A DNA stretch of 64,000 nucleotides. It comes from the human T2T-CHM13v2.0 reference genome, Homo sapiens. The position numbers and the translations under genes are program-made. The number at the start of each line of letters is the position of its first letter. Positions within the stretch are counted from its first letter, which is position 1. The stretch lies in the NCBI RefSeq assembly GCF_009914755.1, contig NC_060925.1; one strand, given 5' to 3'. Positions 1-12,611 of this stretch are shown one piece after another. Under the pieces are notes generated by a model. The model was not told the DNA's origin, did not search any database, and was given only the letters and a program-made list of their open reading frames with translations.

Positions 1-1537
1 CAGCGCCAAGATCAGCCAGATCCCCCCGGCCAGTGCAATGGACATTGAATTTCAGCAGTCAGTGTCCAAGTCCCAGGTCAAACCTGATTCTGTCACAGCA
101 TCGCAGCCTCCATCCAAAGGCCCTCAAGCTCCTGCAGGCTATGCGAACGTGGCCACCCATTCCACGTTGGTACTGACCGCCCAGACATATAATGCCTCTC
201 CTGTGATTTCGTCTGTGAAGGCCGATAGGCCATCCTTGGAGAAGCCCGAGCCCATTCACCTCTCGGTGTCCACGCCTGTCACCCAGGGAGGCACAGTGAA
301 GGTTCTCACCCAGGGGATCAACACACCCCCTGTGCTGGTTCACAACCAGCTGGTCCTCACCCCAAGCATTGTCACCACAAACAAGAAGCTTGCTGACCCC
401 GTCACCCTTAAAATCGAGACCAAGGTCCTTCAGCCGGCCAACCTGGGGTCCACGCTCACGCCCCACCACCCTCCTGCTCTGCCCAGCAAACTGCCTACAG
501 AAGTCAACCATGTCCCCTCGGGGCCCAGCATCCCAGCAGATCGAACTGTCTCCCATTTGGCAGCTGCAAAGCTAGATGCTCATTCTCCTCGACCAAGTGG
601 ACCCGGGCCATCCTCATTCCCAAGGGCAAGCCACCCCAGCAGTACTGCATCTACGGCGCTCTCCACCAACGCCACAGTCATGCTGGCTGCAGGCATCCCA
701 GTGCCCCAGTTCATCTCCAGCATCCACCCAGAGCAGTCTGTCATCATGCCACCCCACAGCATCACCCAGACTGTGTCCCTGAGCCACCTCTCCCAGGGCG
801 AGGTGAGAATGAACACTCCCACGCTGCCCAGTATCACCTACAGCATCCGGCCAGAAGCGCTTCACTCTCCTCGGGCTCCGCTGCAGCCCCAGCAAATAGA
901 GGTCAGGGCCCCACAGCGTGCCAGCACCCCGCAGCCAGCCCCAGCTGGTGTGCCTGCACTGGCCTCCCAGCACCCTCCCGAGGAGGAAGTGCATTATCAC
1001 CTTCCTGTCGCTCGAGCCACAGCCCCTGTGCAGTCAGAGGTACTAGTCATGCAGTCTGAGTACCGACTGCACCCCTATACTGTGCCACGGGATGTGAGGA
1101 TCATGGTGCATCCACATGTGACGGCAGTCAGCGAGCAGCCCAGGGCCGCGGATGGGGTGGTGAAGGTGCCACCAGCCAGCAAGGCCCCTCAGCAGCCAGG
1201 GAAGGAAGCTGCCAAGACACCAGATGCCAAAGCTGCCCCCACCCCCACCCCTGCCCCCGTCCCTGTCCCTGTCCCCCTTCCTGCCCCTGCTCCTGCCCCT
1301 CATGGTGAGGCCCGTATCCTCACAGTTACCCCCAGTAACCAACTCCAGGGGCTGCCTCTGACCCCTCCTGTGGTGGTGACCCATGGGGTGCAGATTGTGC
1401 ACTCCAGCGGGGAGCTGTTTCAAGAGTACCGGTACGGCGACATCCGCACCTACCACCCCCCGGCCCAGCTCACACACACTCAGTTTCCCGCCGCTTCCTC
1501 TGTTGGCCTGCCTTCCCGGACCAAGACAGCTGCTCAG
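1..1537 (+). CDS. SPEN: SPEN large exon (exon 11), 3' part; Pro/Ala/Ser-rich region
   Basis: Open frame [21 protein letters not shown]...RTKTAAQ matches recalled SPEN; phase-0 donor CAG|GTGAGC at 1537/1538; exon continues upstream of the window. Confidence 0.97.
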
Positions 1538-1629
1538 GTGAGCCAGCCAGGTATCTCCCCACTGTCTGTTGGGCATGTGCTTGTGGGGCTCAGCAGGCTT
1601 TTAAGCCAAGATGTGTGAAAGAAATCAGG

Positions 1630-2061
<432 letters not shown>

Positions 2062-2442
2062 AAAGAAATCCGCCTTTTGGTAAAGATAGTGGTTGAGTAC
2101 AAGTGAACTGGTCAGCTAGTCCCTAAAGATGTTGATCTTTTCATGAGTTTAAAGAGCTTTCTTAGTTCTGAGATGAAAGTATTAGATCACATCATGGGGA
2201 GTTCTGCATATGGGGAGGGAGCTCTTGCTGGGTAGCGTCAGCAGGAGGCAGGTAATAGGGGATCTCTCCTTACCTGGAACCCCGAAAGCAGCTCCGTTGA
2301 TTCAGGCTCCTTCTGTGGGCCTGACTTAACGGGAGATGCCACATCTTATCCTTTCCCTGTGGCCCTTTGGGTCATTTGTTGGTCTCAGGGGCTTGTGCAC
2401 AACAGACTGACTCTGTCCCTTTGCCTTCCTTCCCTACACCAG

Positions 2443-2925
2443 GGCCCTCCTCCTGAAGGTGAGCCCCTGCAGCCTCCTCAGCCTGTGCAGTCCACACAGC
2501 CTGCCCAGCCTGCACCACCCTGCCCGCCCTCCCAGCTCGGTCAGCCCGGCCAGCCACCAAGCAGCAAGATGCCTCAAGTGTCCCAGGAGGCAAAGGGGAC
2601 CCAGACGGGAGTAGAGCAGCCTCGCCTCCCAGCTGGACCTGCAAACAGGCCACCTGAGCCTCACACCCAGGTTCAGAGGGCACAAGCAGAAACAGGCCCG
2701 ACTTCCTTCCCCTCCCCTGTGTCTGTCTCCATGAAGCCTGACCTTCCAGTCTCTCTTCCCACTCAGACTGCCCCAAAACAGCCGTTGTTTGTCCCAACAA
2801 CCTCTGGCCCCAGCACCCCACCAGGACTGGTTCTGCCACACACTGAATTCCAGCCAGCCCCCAAACAAGATTCCTCTCCACACCTGACTTCCCAGAGACC
2901 CGTGGATATGGTTCAACTTCTGAAG
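2443..2925 (+). CDS. SPEN: SPEN exon 12 (GPPPEGEP...DMVQLLK)
   Basis: Polypyrimidine tract and CAG acceptor; 483 nt; donor AAG|GTAAGC. Confidence 0.96.
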
Positions 2926-3091
2926 GTAAGCATGAGCAGGGGCTGCCCTTCCTGGCCCCCAAGTTTTATGCCATGTCAAATGTCCTAAGATTCCCTAGTT
3001 AACAGACCCACAAGCTACAGCCTCTGGCTGTGTCCAGCATGGCTCAGCGAGGGGCCATGAGCTCACTTCCTGTTTGTTTCCCTGTGAGCAG

Positions 3092-3286
3092 AAGTACCCC
3101 ATCGTGTGGCAGGGCCTGCTGGCCCTCAAGAATGACACAGCTGCTGTGCAGCTCCACTTCGTCTCTGGCAACAACGTCCTGGCCCATCGGTCCCTGCCCC
3201 TTTCTGAAGGAGGGCCCCCACTAAGGATCGCCCAGAGGATGCGGCTGGAGGCAACGCAGCTGGAAGGGGTTGCCCGAAGGATGACG
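3092..3286 (+). CDS. SPEN: SPEN exon 13, SPOC domain (KYPIVWQGLLALKND...RRMT)
   Basis: SPOC signature sequence; CAG acceptor; donor ACG|GTAAGA; 195 nt. Confidence 0.97.
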
Positions 3287-3396
3287 GTAAGACTCTCAGG
3301 CCCAGGTGAGCAACTGCCCCACCTACAGGGAGGAAGACGTAGGTAGTCCCTGCCAGCCCATCTCCCTGGCCTGTCATGGAAGCATTAACTGTATTC

Positions 3397-3695
3397 TTGT
3401 TGTTGTTGAAACAGTCTCTGTCGCCTGGGCTGGAGTGCAGCGGTGCGATCTCTGTTCATTATAGCCTCTGCCTCCCGGGTTCAAGCCATTCTCTTGCCTC
3501 AGCCTCCTGAGTAGCTGGGATTATAGGCACGCACCACCATGGCACCACCATGCCCAGCTAATTTTTTGTATTTTTAGTAGAGATGGGGTTTCACCATGTT
3601 GGCCAGGCCAGCCTTGAACTCCTGACCTCAAGTGATCTGGCTGCCTTGGCCTCCCAAAGTGCTGGGATTACAGGCCTGAGCCACTGTGCCTGGCC
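3397..3695 (-). mobile_element. Alu
   Basis: Reverse Alu consensus; TSD taac(t/g)gtattctt. Confidence 0.9.
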
Positions 3696-3997
3696 AGTAA
3701 CGGTATTCTTGAAGTGAGCAATGAAGGGTCCACTATGCTTCTACTTGGTGGGGGGATGTAAAGTACCTCTAGACCCAGAAACAAGGCTTTACAGTTTTTA
3801 AAAATTATTATTTTTTAAATCAGCTTTCTCAGGTTGAAAAAAAGCTTTTTTTTTTTTTTTTTTTCATTCAAATATCAGGGTAGCCTTTAAAGTCATCTCA
3901 GAGGTGGGGGTTTTTGTGGACCTGATACTGTGGGTTGGATGTGGGCTGCTGTTTGACTAGGAGGCCCCTGCTCACTGGCAGCTGGCCTCTGCCTCAG

Positions 3998-4156
3998 GTG
4001 GAGACAGATTACTGTCTGCTGCTGGCTCTGCCCTGTGGCCGTGACCAAGAGGATGTTGTGAGCCAGACCGAGTCCCTCAAGGCTGCCTTCATCACTTACC
4101 TGCAGGCCAAGCAGGCGGCAGGGATCATCAACGTTCCCAACCCTGGCTCCAATCAG
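3998..4156 (+). CDS. SPEN: SPEN exon 14, SPOC domain (VETDYCLLLALPCG...NPGSNQ)
   Basis: YLQAKQAAGIINV SPOC motif; AG/GT borders; 159 nt. Confidence 0.96.
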
Positions 4157-4575
4157 GTCGGTTGTCCTGTGTCCTTCCTTCACATGTACACCCACAGGTG
4201 GGGCTGGTCAGGGTAGGTGGGCCTACTCATCTGGTGCCCACTAGATCTGGCCCCAGAGGTGGGCAAAGGGGCATTTTGGACAGAAGTCAGTAGAGCACAT
4301 GGGGCGGGGCGCCATCACCCATCCTGAAGAGAACCCAGGGAACCGCTGAGAACACAGGTTTTCCATGAGTTTAAAGATAGGGCCCCAGGGGGTTCCTGTT
4401 TATAGTTTTCTGACACCTGCTAGGTCTTCCAGTAGACATAGTCCTGGCACATTTGCTGGTTGGGGACTGATTTGGCCTGGCTCTTAGCATTGGGCCTCTT
4501 CAGGGCTCCCCAATGGAAGTGGAGTTGTGGGGGTGAAGACAGACGGTCCCACTTTGCTCTCTATCCTGTCTCCAG

Positions 4576-4707
4576 CCTGCCTACGTGCTGCAGATCTTCC
4601 CGCCCTGTGAGTTCTCTGAGAGTCACCTGTCCCGCCTGGCCCCTGACCTCCTTGCCAGCATCTCCAACATCTCTCCCCACCTCATGATTGTCATTGCCTC
4701 CGTGTGA
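4576..4707 (+). CDS. SPEN: SPEN last coding exon (PAYVLQIFPPCEF...HLMIVIASV*)
   Basis: TCCAG acceptor; SPOC C-terminus; TGA at 4705-4707. Confidence 0.96.
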   Translation, partial: PAYVLQIFPPCEFSESHLSRLAPDLLASISNISPHLMIVIASV

Positions 4708-5742
4708 GCCACTGAGTGGTTATCACCTCAGTGAATCTTCCCAGGGCTCTGCAGTAAAAACAAAGGACAACCCAGCCAAGCAGAGGAAGAAGCTGCCGAA
4801 GGGGACAGACTCCACTGCCAGACGGCCAGCCGTTTGCTGTCCTGCCGCCCGGCTCAGTCGGCCAGACTTCCTCTAGGAGTGGTGCTGCTACCTTGTATGT
4901 TTACATAATGCTTTAGCCCAAGGACACATCACCAACCCATGGACTCGCAGACACCGGGGCTGGGTTTCTCTTTCCTCTTTTTGGAGAAAAGGAACAGGGC
5001 AGTGGAATGAAAATTTTTTGTTTGTTTGTTTTTAAGAAACAAGAAAACAGAACTGCCTTTGCACTAAATTAGTGACTTGGACTTTTGCCCAGTGAAGACA
5101 GGCTGTGACACTCTGGATGTCTTGGTGTGTGTAGACACACATTGCAGACTCTTAACGCAGGAAGGACTTCAAACTTCTGCTGAGACCTTGGGGTCAAGGA
5201 ACATTTCATTGGTTTTTTTTGTCCACCCCCATCTCCCTTGCTCATTTGGATGCGTCACCTTAATTCTCCTGCTGCCACCGTCTTTGATTCACCGGGATGT
5301 ACAGTTTACAGTTGAAGAGCAAACAGAAAGGTTTTCTCTTGGTGGGATATGCAGAACTTGGGATGTGTGTATATATAAATATATAATATATATAAATATA
5401 TATAATACTGACTTAAAAAATCAAATCCCCCGACATACGTTTTTTTTAATCTGTGCCAAAAATGTGTTTTCAGAGGAAATCTTATTTTCATATTCAGACT
5501 TTGTATTGCCCACTCATTTGTATAAGTGCGCTTCGGTACAGCACGGGTCCTGCTCCCGCGATGTGGAAGTGTCACACGGCACCTGTACAAAAAGACTGGC
5601 TAACCCCTCTTCCTATTACCTTGATCTCTTCCCCCAACTTCCTAACACTTATTAATTTATGAAACTGTTTTTCTCAGCGCAGTTTTGTTTTGTGTGTCCA
5701 TTGGATTACAAACTTTATTAAAAAATATAAAACACACCAAGT
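4708..5742 (+). other. SPEN: SPEN 3' UTR
   Basis: AT-rich, free of interspersed repeats, between the stop codon and the ATTAAA signal; end approximate. Confidence 0.8.
5717..5722 (+). terminator. SPEN polyadenylation signal ATTAAA
   Basis: ATTAAA followed ~20 nt later by a GT-rich element (gtgtgagtgtgattgtc). Confidence 0.75.
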
Positions 5743-7164
5743 GTGAGTGTGATTGTCACTTGGGTGGGAGGACGAACCATGGGTCCTTGGCTTATGGGAA
5801 CAGTCAGCCCTCATCCCGCTTTTGCTCCCCATGCCAAGTCTGTACATGGGAACTGTTTCCCTTCTGCCTCCTAGTCAGTCAGTCCTCCTCCCCAAGGATA
5901 ATTTTATCTTGTACAAAGGAGATTTTTGTCACGGACACTGAACTTAACCATTTCTCACTCTTGTGGTGTCTTCAGAGTCCTAACTGGTTCTTAGGTAATG
6001 TGGAAGGAAGGCACTTCCAATTTTGATACAGAATATAACCACACCCCATGCCATCTCAGAAACATTTTAGCAAGCTTTGGTTTCTTGTCTCTCTCTTGCC
6101 CCCTCTTCCCTTCTCCCAGTGTGAAGCAGGCTGACTCCTGCAGAGGCAGTGGCCTGCTGGGGCCCCTGGGGGCTCATTTGATCCCGTCTCTGCCTCCAGA
6201 CAGGAGAATGGGAGTTGGGGACAGGCTTCCCCTGCAGCTGGATTCTCTAGAAGCTGTGGAGTTGGGACAGGGACATGGGGACTATAAAGTTGGTGGTCTC
6301 ACTTGGAATACCAATGGGCTCCTACAAATGGGCCTGTCCTGGTGTGAGAAGATAGCATCCCCCTCTGAACGGTGGGCCATAGATGCCGGGGCCACTGTGG
6401 GGGGACGAGATGGTACCTCCTGACTCCTTGCTGACAGGAGTGAGAAAGCTGTTCCACCAGCTCCCTACCTCCCCATCAAAGCCCCTGGCTGCTCCTTCCT
6501 GTCCCTCTGGGCCCCCAGCCTGGTGGCAGAGATGCCATCTTTTGAACCTTCCCAAAAGATGATGGCACCGGCTTGGCCTTAGTCCTCGGGCCAGGTAACC
6601 CTGAAGCAAGTGTGGCTTCCATCTGCTCCCTTAGGCCCATCAGAGCCAGGGCAGTGGCCTGGGCCTGGCACTCTCCTTGGCCTACCTTGCCACTCTGGCT
6701 GGAAGGACCCCTGAGCCAGGCCTGGCAGCAGTGGCCTGTGAGCCAGGCTCGCTCTGGGTTGCCTGTACCCTGGTAAGCAGTTGGTGGCCGCCCCTGCTGG
6801 TCCCTTCCCCAACTTCCCAACCTCTCCCCAACCTGGGCCGAGGGGGAGCAGGGTCATAGCTGTGGGGCGAGGGGAGGCCAGGCCCTAAAGATGAACAGGT
6901 GAGAAGCCTCCAAACAAGATGGGATGAGGGCATGGGGCACGTGGTGCCGAGGTCTCTCCAGCCTGAGTGTACTGCCCACTCCTCAACTTGGGGCAAAGCA
7001 GCCAGCCTGGCTCTGATTCTAGTCGCATTCAGCAAGAGGGACGGGCTGACCTTCCCAGGAAGGCTGGTTCCTGGGTGGTACAGCCTTTCTGTGGCATCAG
7101 TTGTAGCTGCCAGCTCCCCACCCACCCCACAGGGACCTATAGGCAGCATTAGAAAATAATCCAA

Positions 7165-7170
7165 TTTATT
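7165..7170 (-). terminator. ZBTB17 polyadenylation signal AATAAA
   Basis: tttatt on the + strand, ~80 nt beyond the ZBTB17 stop. Confidence 0.85.
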
Positions 7171-7248
7171 CTCTCTAGGGAACAGGCCACCCTTCCCGGT
7201 TCCAGGGTGCCATCCATCCTTAAATAAACAGTCAGAAGGGCCGCCAGC

Positions 7249-7532
7249 TCACTCGGCAGGCGGGGGACATTCAGGAGCTGTAGGGGAGGTCTCTGCCAGT
7301 GCGGGCTGGCCCTCAGCCCCGTCGCGAGGGCGGAAGACCAGCTCCCCAGCCTGCAGCACCTGCCCGGCAGGCCACGTGCCACCTGGCCCATACTGCTGAT
7401 AGAAGTCCGCGTCTGTCTGGAACATGACCAGTGCCTGGGCTGTGTGGATTCGCACATGCTGAGCCAGGCTGTTGGCATCCAGAAACTTGTCCCCACAGGA
7501 GTCACAGGCGTAGAGGATGTGAGTGTTGGGGT
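7249..7532 (-). CDS. ZBTB17: ZBTB17 exon 16 (ZF13 and C-terminus ...APECPPPAE*)
   Basis: YACDSCGDKFLDANSLAQHVRIH zinc finger; CAG acceptor; stop at 7249-7251. Confidence 0.96.
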
Positions 7533-7610
7533 CTGTGGAGGTGGGGCAGCAGTCAGAGTGGGAAGGACCCCGGGCTCTGCCCACATTCACACCCGGGTGG
7601 CCCCCCTCAC

Positions 7611-7700
7611 CTTCTTCCTGCACTTGCTTCACAGCTTTGCTGATCTCGGCCTTCAGGACTTCCGTCTCATCGGCTGTCACTGCAGCTCCCACCGGCACCA
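7611..7700 (-). CDS. ZBTB17: ZBTB17 exon 15
   Basis: VVPVGAAVTADETEVLKAEISKAVKQVQEE; 90 nt; AG/GT borders. Confidence 0.94.
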
Positions 7701-7808
7701 CTGCGGGCAGAGTCGCAGGGCCTAAGGTGAAGGCACGGGCACTGCCCCATCATCGCCACCCTGGCAGCAAGCTGCCTGTGACTTCCCTCTGCTGCCCACA
7801 GCCCGCAC

Positions 7809-8018
7809 CTGTGAGCTGAGTGACGGCTGTCGCTGCCAGTGCCTCGGTAGCCAGCGTGACCATGTCATCCACAGTGACCACGCTGACCTCACTGCCCTCC
7901 TCGGGCTCCAGGATCTTGATGCCTGCCTTGCCCTGGTGCACGGTCTTCACGTGGGAGCGCAGGTTGTCTACCCGGTTGAAGCCACGCCCACACTTATCAC
8001 ACAGGTAAGGCTTCTCTC
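7809..8018 (-). CDS. ZBTB17: ZBTB17 exon 14 (ZF12 and spacer)
   Basis: GEKPYLCDKCGRGFNRVDNLRSHVKTVH...; 210 nt; AG/GT borders. Confidence 0.95.
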
Positions 8019-8221
8019 CTGGGGGAGCAAGGTTCTCTCTTGCCTTTGTGGGAAGGGGCCGCAGGGATGGGGTGGGAGGCCCTCAATGACTCGTTTGCCC
8101 AGCAACCCTGTCTTTTACAGCAGGAGGTGCTCTGGGGTGGCTGCACGGGTGCCTCTGGTGACACTGGCACCTCTGGAAGCTCTAGGAAAATGGGGTCCTC
8201 ATTTGAACAGAACTGCCTTCA

Positions 8222-8530
<309 letters not shown>

Positions 8531-8635
8531 TCACCCTCTAGACTGAAAAGGACCCCTAGGACCAGAGCCTGGGGCGTGGGCAGCAGTCAGCTCAGTCCCC
8601 AGCCAAGCCCCCAGTTTGTCTTCTGAGCCCCCTCA

Positions 8636-8995
<360 letters not shown>

Positions 8996-9087
8996 CTGTG
9001 GCGAGACCGAGGGCGAACCTGGCGTGGGGCACCACCGGTGGCCGAGGAGCAGGGGTGTGAGGGCAGCCAGGGCAGCCCTGGCCCTAC

Positions 9088-9175
9088 CTGAGGTGGTGAA
9101 CTGCTTCCCACACTCTCGGCACTTGAGGGGCCCGTCAGCGATGTGGATCTTCAGGTGGGCCTTCAGGTTCCCTAC
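9088..9175 (-). CDS. ZBTB17: ZBTB17 exon 10
   Basis: VGNLKAHLKIHIADGPLKCRECGKQFTTS; 88 nt. Confidence 0.95.
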
Positions 9176-9579
9176 CTGTGCCCAGGGAGGGGTCAGGGGG
9201 GCCACCCCACAGAGCTCGGCCCCGGGCCCCCTCACCTGCCCCTCCCACAAAGGAACAATTGACTCTCAGGCTTGCCAGGGTCCGTGAAGGGCTCTATCTC
9301 TCCTGGGTCAGGAGAGGTCCCAGGTCCCAGCGGTGAGAGGTAAGCCGCCCCACCCCATTTTTTCAGGACCAAACCCCGCCCTGAGTCGGCCTGCCCTCCG
9401 CAGAGCAACCGGGAGCTCCCCCGCGGAAGTGGCTCTCGCTGCGCCTGTTTCCTGGGTGAACAAGCTGATGAGCTCCTGGAGGCCGGGGCTGTGCTCCCCG
9501 CCCGCCCCACCACGTGGCATGCATGCGGCTGCGGCCACCGGCGGCTGCCAGGCGCTGGTTCCGGGAGGGGTCCGCACAC

Positions 9580-9880
9580 CTGGTTGAACTTCTTGTCGCA
9601 GTGTGGGCACTTGTGCTCCTTGTCCGTGTCGTGGGTCTCCAGGTGGCGCATCTTGGAAGTGGGGTCGGAGAAGGAGCGGCCGCAGTAGTCGCACTGGTAG
9701 GGCTTCTCGCCGCTGTGCACCAGCTGGTGGCGCTTGAGGTTGCCCGAGGTGGTGAAGAGCTTGCCGCAGTCCTCGCAGCGGTAGCGCGCCTCGCCCGAGT
9801 GCCGCTTCTTGTGCAGGTTCAGCAGGCTGATGAGGCGGTAGCTCTTCCCGCACTCCTCGCAGCCGTAGGGCTTCAGAGGG
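9580..9880 (-). CDS. ZBTB17: ZBTB17 exon 9 (ZF3 to start of ZF6)
   Basis: PLKPYGCEECGKSYRL...HKCPHCDKKFNQ; 301 nt. Confidence 0.95.
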
Positions 9881-9976
9881 CTGCAGGGCCAGAAGGCGAC
9901 AGGAGGCAGGGCTCGCTGGGGCGTGAAAGGCCGGGCCTGGCAGGGGCCGGGGTAGGAGGCCGGCTTGGGGCAGTAC

Positions 9977-10119
9977 CTGTGCGTCTTCTCATGGGCCTTG
10001 CACGCGGCCGGGTCGGAAAAGGCCTTGCTGCACTCCCGGCACGAAAAGGGCTTCTCCCCCGTGTGGATGCGGATGTGCCGCTTGAAGTTCCCCGTGTGCG
10101 TGAACTCCTTCCCACAGTC
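9977..10119 (-). CDS. ZBTB17: ZBTB17 exon 8 (ZF1-ZF2)
   Basis: DCGKEFTHTGNFKRHIRIHTGEKPFSCREC...HEKTH; 143 nt. Confidence 0.95.
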
Positions 10120-10216
10120 CTGTGGGTGCAGCGGGGAAGCGGGGTGTGAGGAGCAGCCGGTGGGAGGCCGGAGGGGAGGGACGCTGGCTGGGAGGGCTGG
10201 CCATAGTCTCCCTCAC

Positions 10217-10482
10217 CTCGCACTTGTGGATGACGGAGCCGTAGGCCTTGGACTCCGTGCGGTCGCCGTAGGTGCCTGAGCGCAGGCCCCGGGCCTCGGA
10301 GCCGAGCTCCTGCCCCGAGTCTGTGCCCGCTGACTCCTCATTCTCGTTCTCCTCGGGGGCCTCTCCGTTCTCCAGCTGGGAACCCTCCTCCTTGACCTCA
10401 GCTGGCCCTGCGCCCTCCTCCTCTTGCTCCTCTTGCTCCTTTTGCTCCTCTTCCCCTTTCCGGGCGGGCTCCACCTCCATTT
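10217..10482 (-). CDS. ZBTB17: ZBTB17 exon 7 (acidic linker)
   Basis: EMEVEPARKGEEEQKEQEEQEEE...GSVIHKCE; 266 nt. Confidence 0.95.
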
Positions 10483-10994
10483 CTGCGGAGAAAAGGGCAA
10501 GCATGGAGGCGGCAGCCCTCTCTGCCTGAGCGCACGTGAGGGGCGCCGGCAACATGTGGAAGGGACAGTAAATGGCCCCAGCACTGGCCAAGGAAAGCCC
10601 CCGGGGGGGCCTGTGAACTGGGTATTTGCTGCTTGCGGGATGCAGGTAGGGGGCTTAGCCAGCTGGGGTGGGCGCTGTCGGCCAGCAGGCACTGGAGGGT
10701 TGCCGTGGGTGGCAAGGCACCCCTGCACGGTGCTGAAAGCCGGGAAGCAGCAGAAGCTCCAGGGCTTTGAAGGACGTGCCTGTGCTCACAGACACACGGC
10801 TAGCATGGTCAACCAAGGAACGACCTCGAGACTCAAGAACATGCGAAGACCAAGGTGTCCCAAAGCTGAAGTGCATGGTGACTCCAGGTGGGACTAGCTG
10901 GAGGCAGGAGGAGAGGGAGGCCCCAGTGCGCAGTGGAGGCAGGGCCCTGGGAGGATGCACCAGGTAGGGCCTGGTCCTGGCTGGGCGGGGCTAC

Positions 10995-11120
10995 CTTGCT
11001 CCGAGCTCTCGGACAAAGCGGCCTCAGCTTCTGCGGCAGCCATGCCACTCGTGGGGTCTGGCTTGAGCTCCACAGGCGGCGGCTCCCGGGGCGCATCGGC
11101 TTTCTCTGTCTGCTCTGCAC
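10995..11120 (-). CDS. ZBTB17: ZBTB17 exon 6
   Basis: GAEQTEKADAPREPPPVELKPDP...SESSEQ; 126 nt; phase consistent with neighbours. Confidence 0.92.
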
Positions 11121-11433
11121 CTGGGTGGGGGAAGCACCGGAGGCTGGATTGCTACCCTCTGCCCAGGGGTCGGATACCTCTCCTGGACCAGCGCGCTGGT
11201 GGTGGCTGCGTGTGACCCAGGAGGGGAGGCCCCAGCACACCCCTAGCCAAGGCTGTTGTGTCTGCTCTGGTTGAAACAGACCCCCTGGAACACACAATAG
11301 GTCATTCTGGGTAACACAGGCTCAAGAGGTGCAGGTGCCCGTGCTACCTGCCCCAAGGCAGCCCTCACTACCCTGTGCCCAGGCTGCTGGGAGGTGACAG
11401 GACAGCCGGCTGGGTCCTTGGCATCTGACTCAC

Positions 11434-11574
11434 CGCTGGCCGCACTCTGGGCCTGACCGCCGCGCTCCTCCTTGAGGTCCCTGCTGGGGCCTATGGGTGT
11501 GCTGCGTCCTGCCTGCTCCAGCCTGCTCAGCGTGCTGGTGGCCACCTTCTCCTCTTTGGCTCTCTTGTCCCCTC
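11434..11574 (-). CDS. ZBTB17: ZBTB17 exon 5
   Basis: GDKRAKEEKVATSTLSRLEQAG...QAQSAAS; 141 nt; donor GCG|GTGAGT. Confidence 0.93.
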
Positions 11575-12214
11575 CTGGAGATGGAACAGGGCAGACCTGC
11601 CGTTTCCCATCAAGTGCCCGCCATCTGGAGGTGTGAGGTGGCCCAGAACTTGCTAGGTCTTCCTCGTCCTCCCTAGGGTACCTCTAAGTAGTGGTTTGCT
11701 GATTTGTTCATTCACCAAATTATTCACAGGGCACCCACTCCATGCCAGGCTGATGGCTGGGCACTGGGAATACAACAGTGATGGTTCCTGCTTGTGTGGG
11801 ACATGCAGACCCCATGTGTGCACTAAGGGAGCTGATCAGAGGTCAGCACTAGGAAAGGGAGGAACGCAGCCTCTGGAAGTCTACAGCAAGGCACCTGGCC
11901 CATAGTGGGCATCTGAGGGCTTTTATCTTAGCAGCTAAGGGAAGTGGAAGGAGGGGCTCAGGAGAACAGACCCGCAGGAGGGTTTAGGAGCCTGCCCGTG
12001 TGCAAAGGCACTGAACCAGGCACGGCTCCCGGGTGCTCTGTAGGGGAAAGGCAGGCAGAGAGGCCACCCTCAGACCTGAGGCTAACCCTTGCCAGCACCC
12101 ACAACCGAGGCAGGGCCAGATGAGGAAACTGAGACCCAGAAAGTCAGAGGCAGAGCCCACATCAAAAGCCAAGGTCTCTGGCCATCTGCTTGGGAGCAGC
12201 TGCCAATAACCTAC

Positions 12215-12403
12215 CTTCTGTGGCCAAGGCCTCCGCATTTCCCCCAGGGCTGGTAGCCGGCTCAGCAAGTGACTTGAGGGCATGGCAGGCCGTGATGATG
12301 TCCTGCATTTGGAGGAAAGTGGCCACGGCCAGCACATCATCCACGTTCTCAGGGCTCAGGCTCAGCTTGGCCGTGTACATAAACTCCAGCACCTGCCCCA
12401 GGC
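12215..12403 (-). CDS. ZBTB17: ZBTB17 exon 4 (BTB C-terminal half)
   Basis: LGQVLEFMYTAKLSLSPENVDDVLAVATFLQMQDIITACH; 189 nt. Confidence 0.96.
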
Positions 12404-12611
12404 CTACCAAGGACAGGACAGCTGTCACAGACCCACCTCAAGATCCGGCACCGGCAGCCTGCCCCACCACTCCACTCAGCAGCAGGACGCAGGGATTTAG
12501 GAACAGCTGAGTGGCAAGCCTGCATCGCCCCATCTCCTCTGTGGAGAGGAGGCAGGTAACCTGGGGGATCTCAGCACTACCAACAGCCCTTGAAAAGAAG
12601 TGCTCGCTGAG

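Noticed and set aside
3086-3094. GAG-CAG-AAG tandem acceptor at SPEN exon 13
   Set aside because: CAG is strongly favoured, and the sequence alone gives no evidence of alternative use.
5077-5655. 192-aa ORF in the SPEN 3'UTR
   Set aside because: TTG start, runs through an AT repeat, no protein-like composition.
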